This document shows positions 62,941 through 64,000 of a stretch of 64,000 bases of DNA, piece by piece; position 1 is the stretch's first letter, and each line of letters starts with the position of its first letter. Origin of the DNA: Zootoca vivipara (Eukaryota); NCBI RefSeq assembly GCF_963506605.1, contig NC_083276.1, positions 106,702,001 through 106,766,000 on the forward strand. The letters run 5' to 3'. The translations under genes were made by a program, and so were the position numbers. Below the pieces are notes generated by a model. It did no database searches, was not told where the DNA came from, and worked only from the letters and a program-made list of their open reading frames with translations.

Positions 62941-64000
62941 CGAACTGAGACCAGTGTATCTCTCACTGACTTCCTGGCACATTGGGTAGATACCATAACC
63001 GTGCACGAGATTTATCTCCGCTCACCCCCCCCCCCGAATTGCATCCTGCCCTTTCTCCAAGGCTGTCGGTGAAAATGTTAACACACGTGGGGGGGGGGTC
63101 ATCCTATCGTATCCTCACAACGCCCTCGTGAGGTAGATTAGCCCAAGATACAGGGAGTTAGTCAAGAAGACTGCCCATTGGGCTGTGCAGCTGTGCGGGG
63201 GAACCTAAATGGCTATGAGCCCACCAATCGGAGTAGAGGGATTTCAGTGGGAGAGTCAAGCAATTGAAATCAGAGAGACTTAATACATATTAAATACTGA
63301 AATAGGGGCATGCCCCATTTTTAGGCTGCGATGGGAGGAAGAAGACCCGTTGAACCCAGTAGAAATATATATGAGTAAATATGCATGTTTTGGACTCTTC
63401 TGAATCACGGCTCCCAAGGACTTCTTAACACAGTGTATGAATGTTTTGGGTATTGTAAGCCGTCTTGAGCGCCATTGTTTGTGGCAAGTGGTCCACAGTG
63501 GGAGACGAGCTTGGACAGGATTGGGCCACCCAAGAGACCAAACCACCAATCAGGAGGCTCCCCATTTCAAGCCTCCCGCTTGCATTCAAATGTCCGGATC
63601 CGATGGTGAATTTGTTCACAGTGGCCAGTACTGCATTTTTTAAAATGCTATTAATAATAAAACAAAACAAGCCACAACCACTCCCATGACTCTGGAGATA
63701 ACAACTGAAAACCCGCCCCAACAAATTGTTTAATCAATGAAGCGTCTAACAACTTTAACACTTCCTGGTCGCCTTGTTAATAAATGTAATTTGAGGTAGA
63801 TTTATAAACGGGAGGGGCGAGGGTGGGGGCAGATCTCCCCCATCTAAACAGCTAAATCATAGTTAGGCGCCGTTCACATCTCCCAGATGCCTATGGACTC
63901 CTCGGAATTAGGTGTTAAATAGACAAAAGTGACCTAAACCGCCTTTAAAAGCACAGCATGACCATGTAATTTCTTTTTCTCTCCCCCCCCCACTCCAGTT

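Noticed and set aside
44300-64000. PSMD14 or TBR1 coding exons
   Set aside because: No translation resembling the JAMM/MPN domain or the T-box was seen; these genes presumably lie beyond the window, though the 196-N gap is unreadable

Overview
Vertebrate genomic DNA, almost certainly a lacertid lizard (Sauria SINEs, Squam3-type SINE, BovB, CR1, L2, RTE, many hAT and pogo/Tigger-like MITEs). The window contains the complete TANK gene (TRAF family member-associated NF-kB activator) on the + strand: a CpG-island promoter and probable non-coding exon 1 at ~12.4-13.3 kb, eight coding exons from 20134 to 42418 (1437 nt, 478 aa, all GT-AG and phase-compatible) and a poly(A) signal at 43806. The last intron and the downstream 20 kb hold CpG-rich, homeobox/T-box/SOX-motif-dense non-coding blocks, as expected for the TBR1 regulatory landscape (human order TANK-PSMD14-TBR1). 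The most unexpected item is a TA-flanked pogo/Tigger-type MITE in TANK intron 1 (17955-18662) that carries a captured piece of the first exon of ALOX5 (MPSYSVTVVTGSQWFTGTDE) and, apparently, a second gene's first exon on the opposite strand: a Pack-MULE-like gene-capture element. Also notable are an out-of-frame uORF overlapping the TANK start codon and an apparent shifted splice acceptor. Comparisons with human sequences are from memory and need alignment to confirm. An assembly gap lies at 56601-56796.
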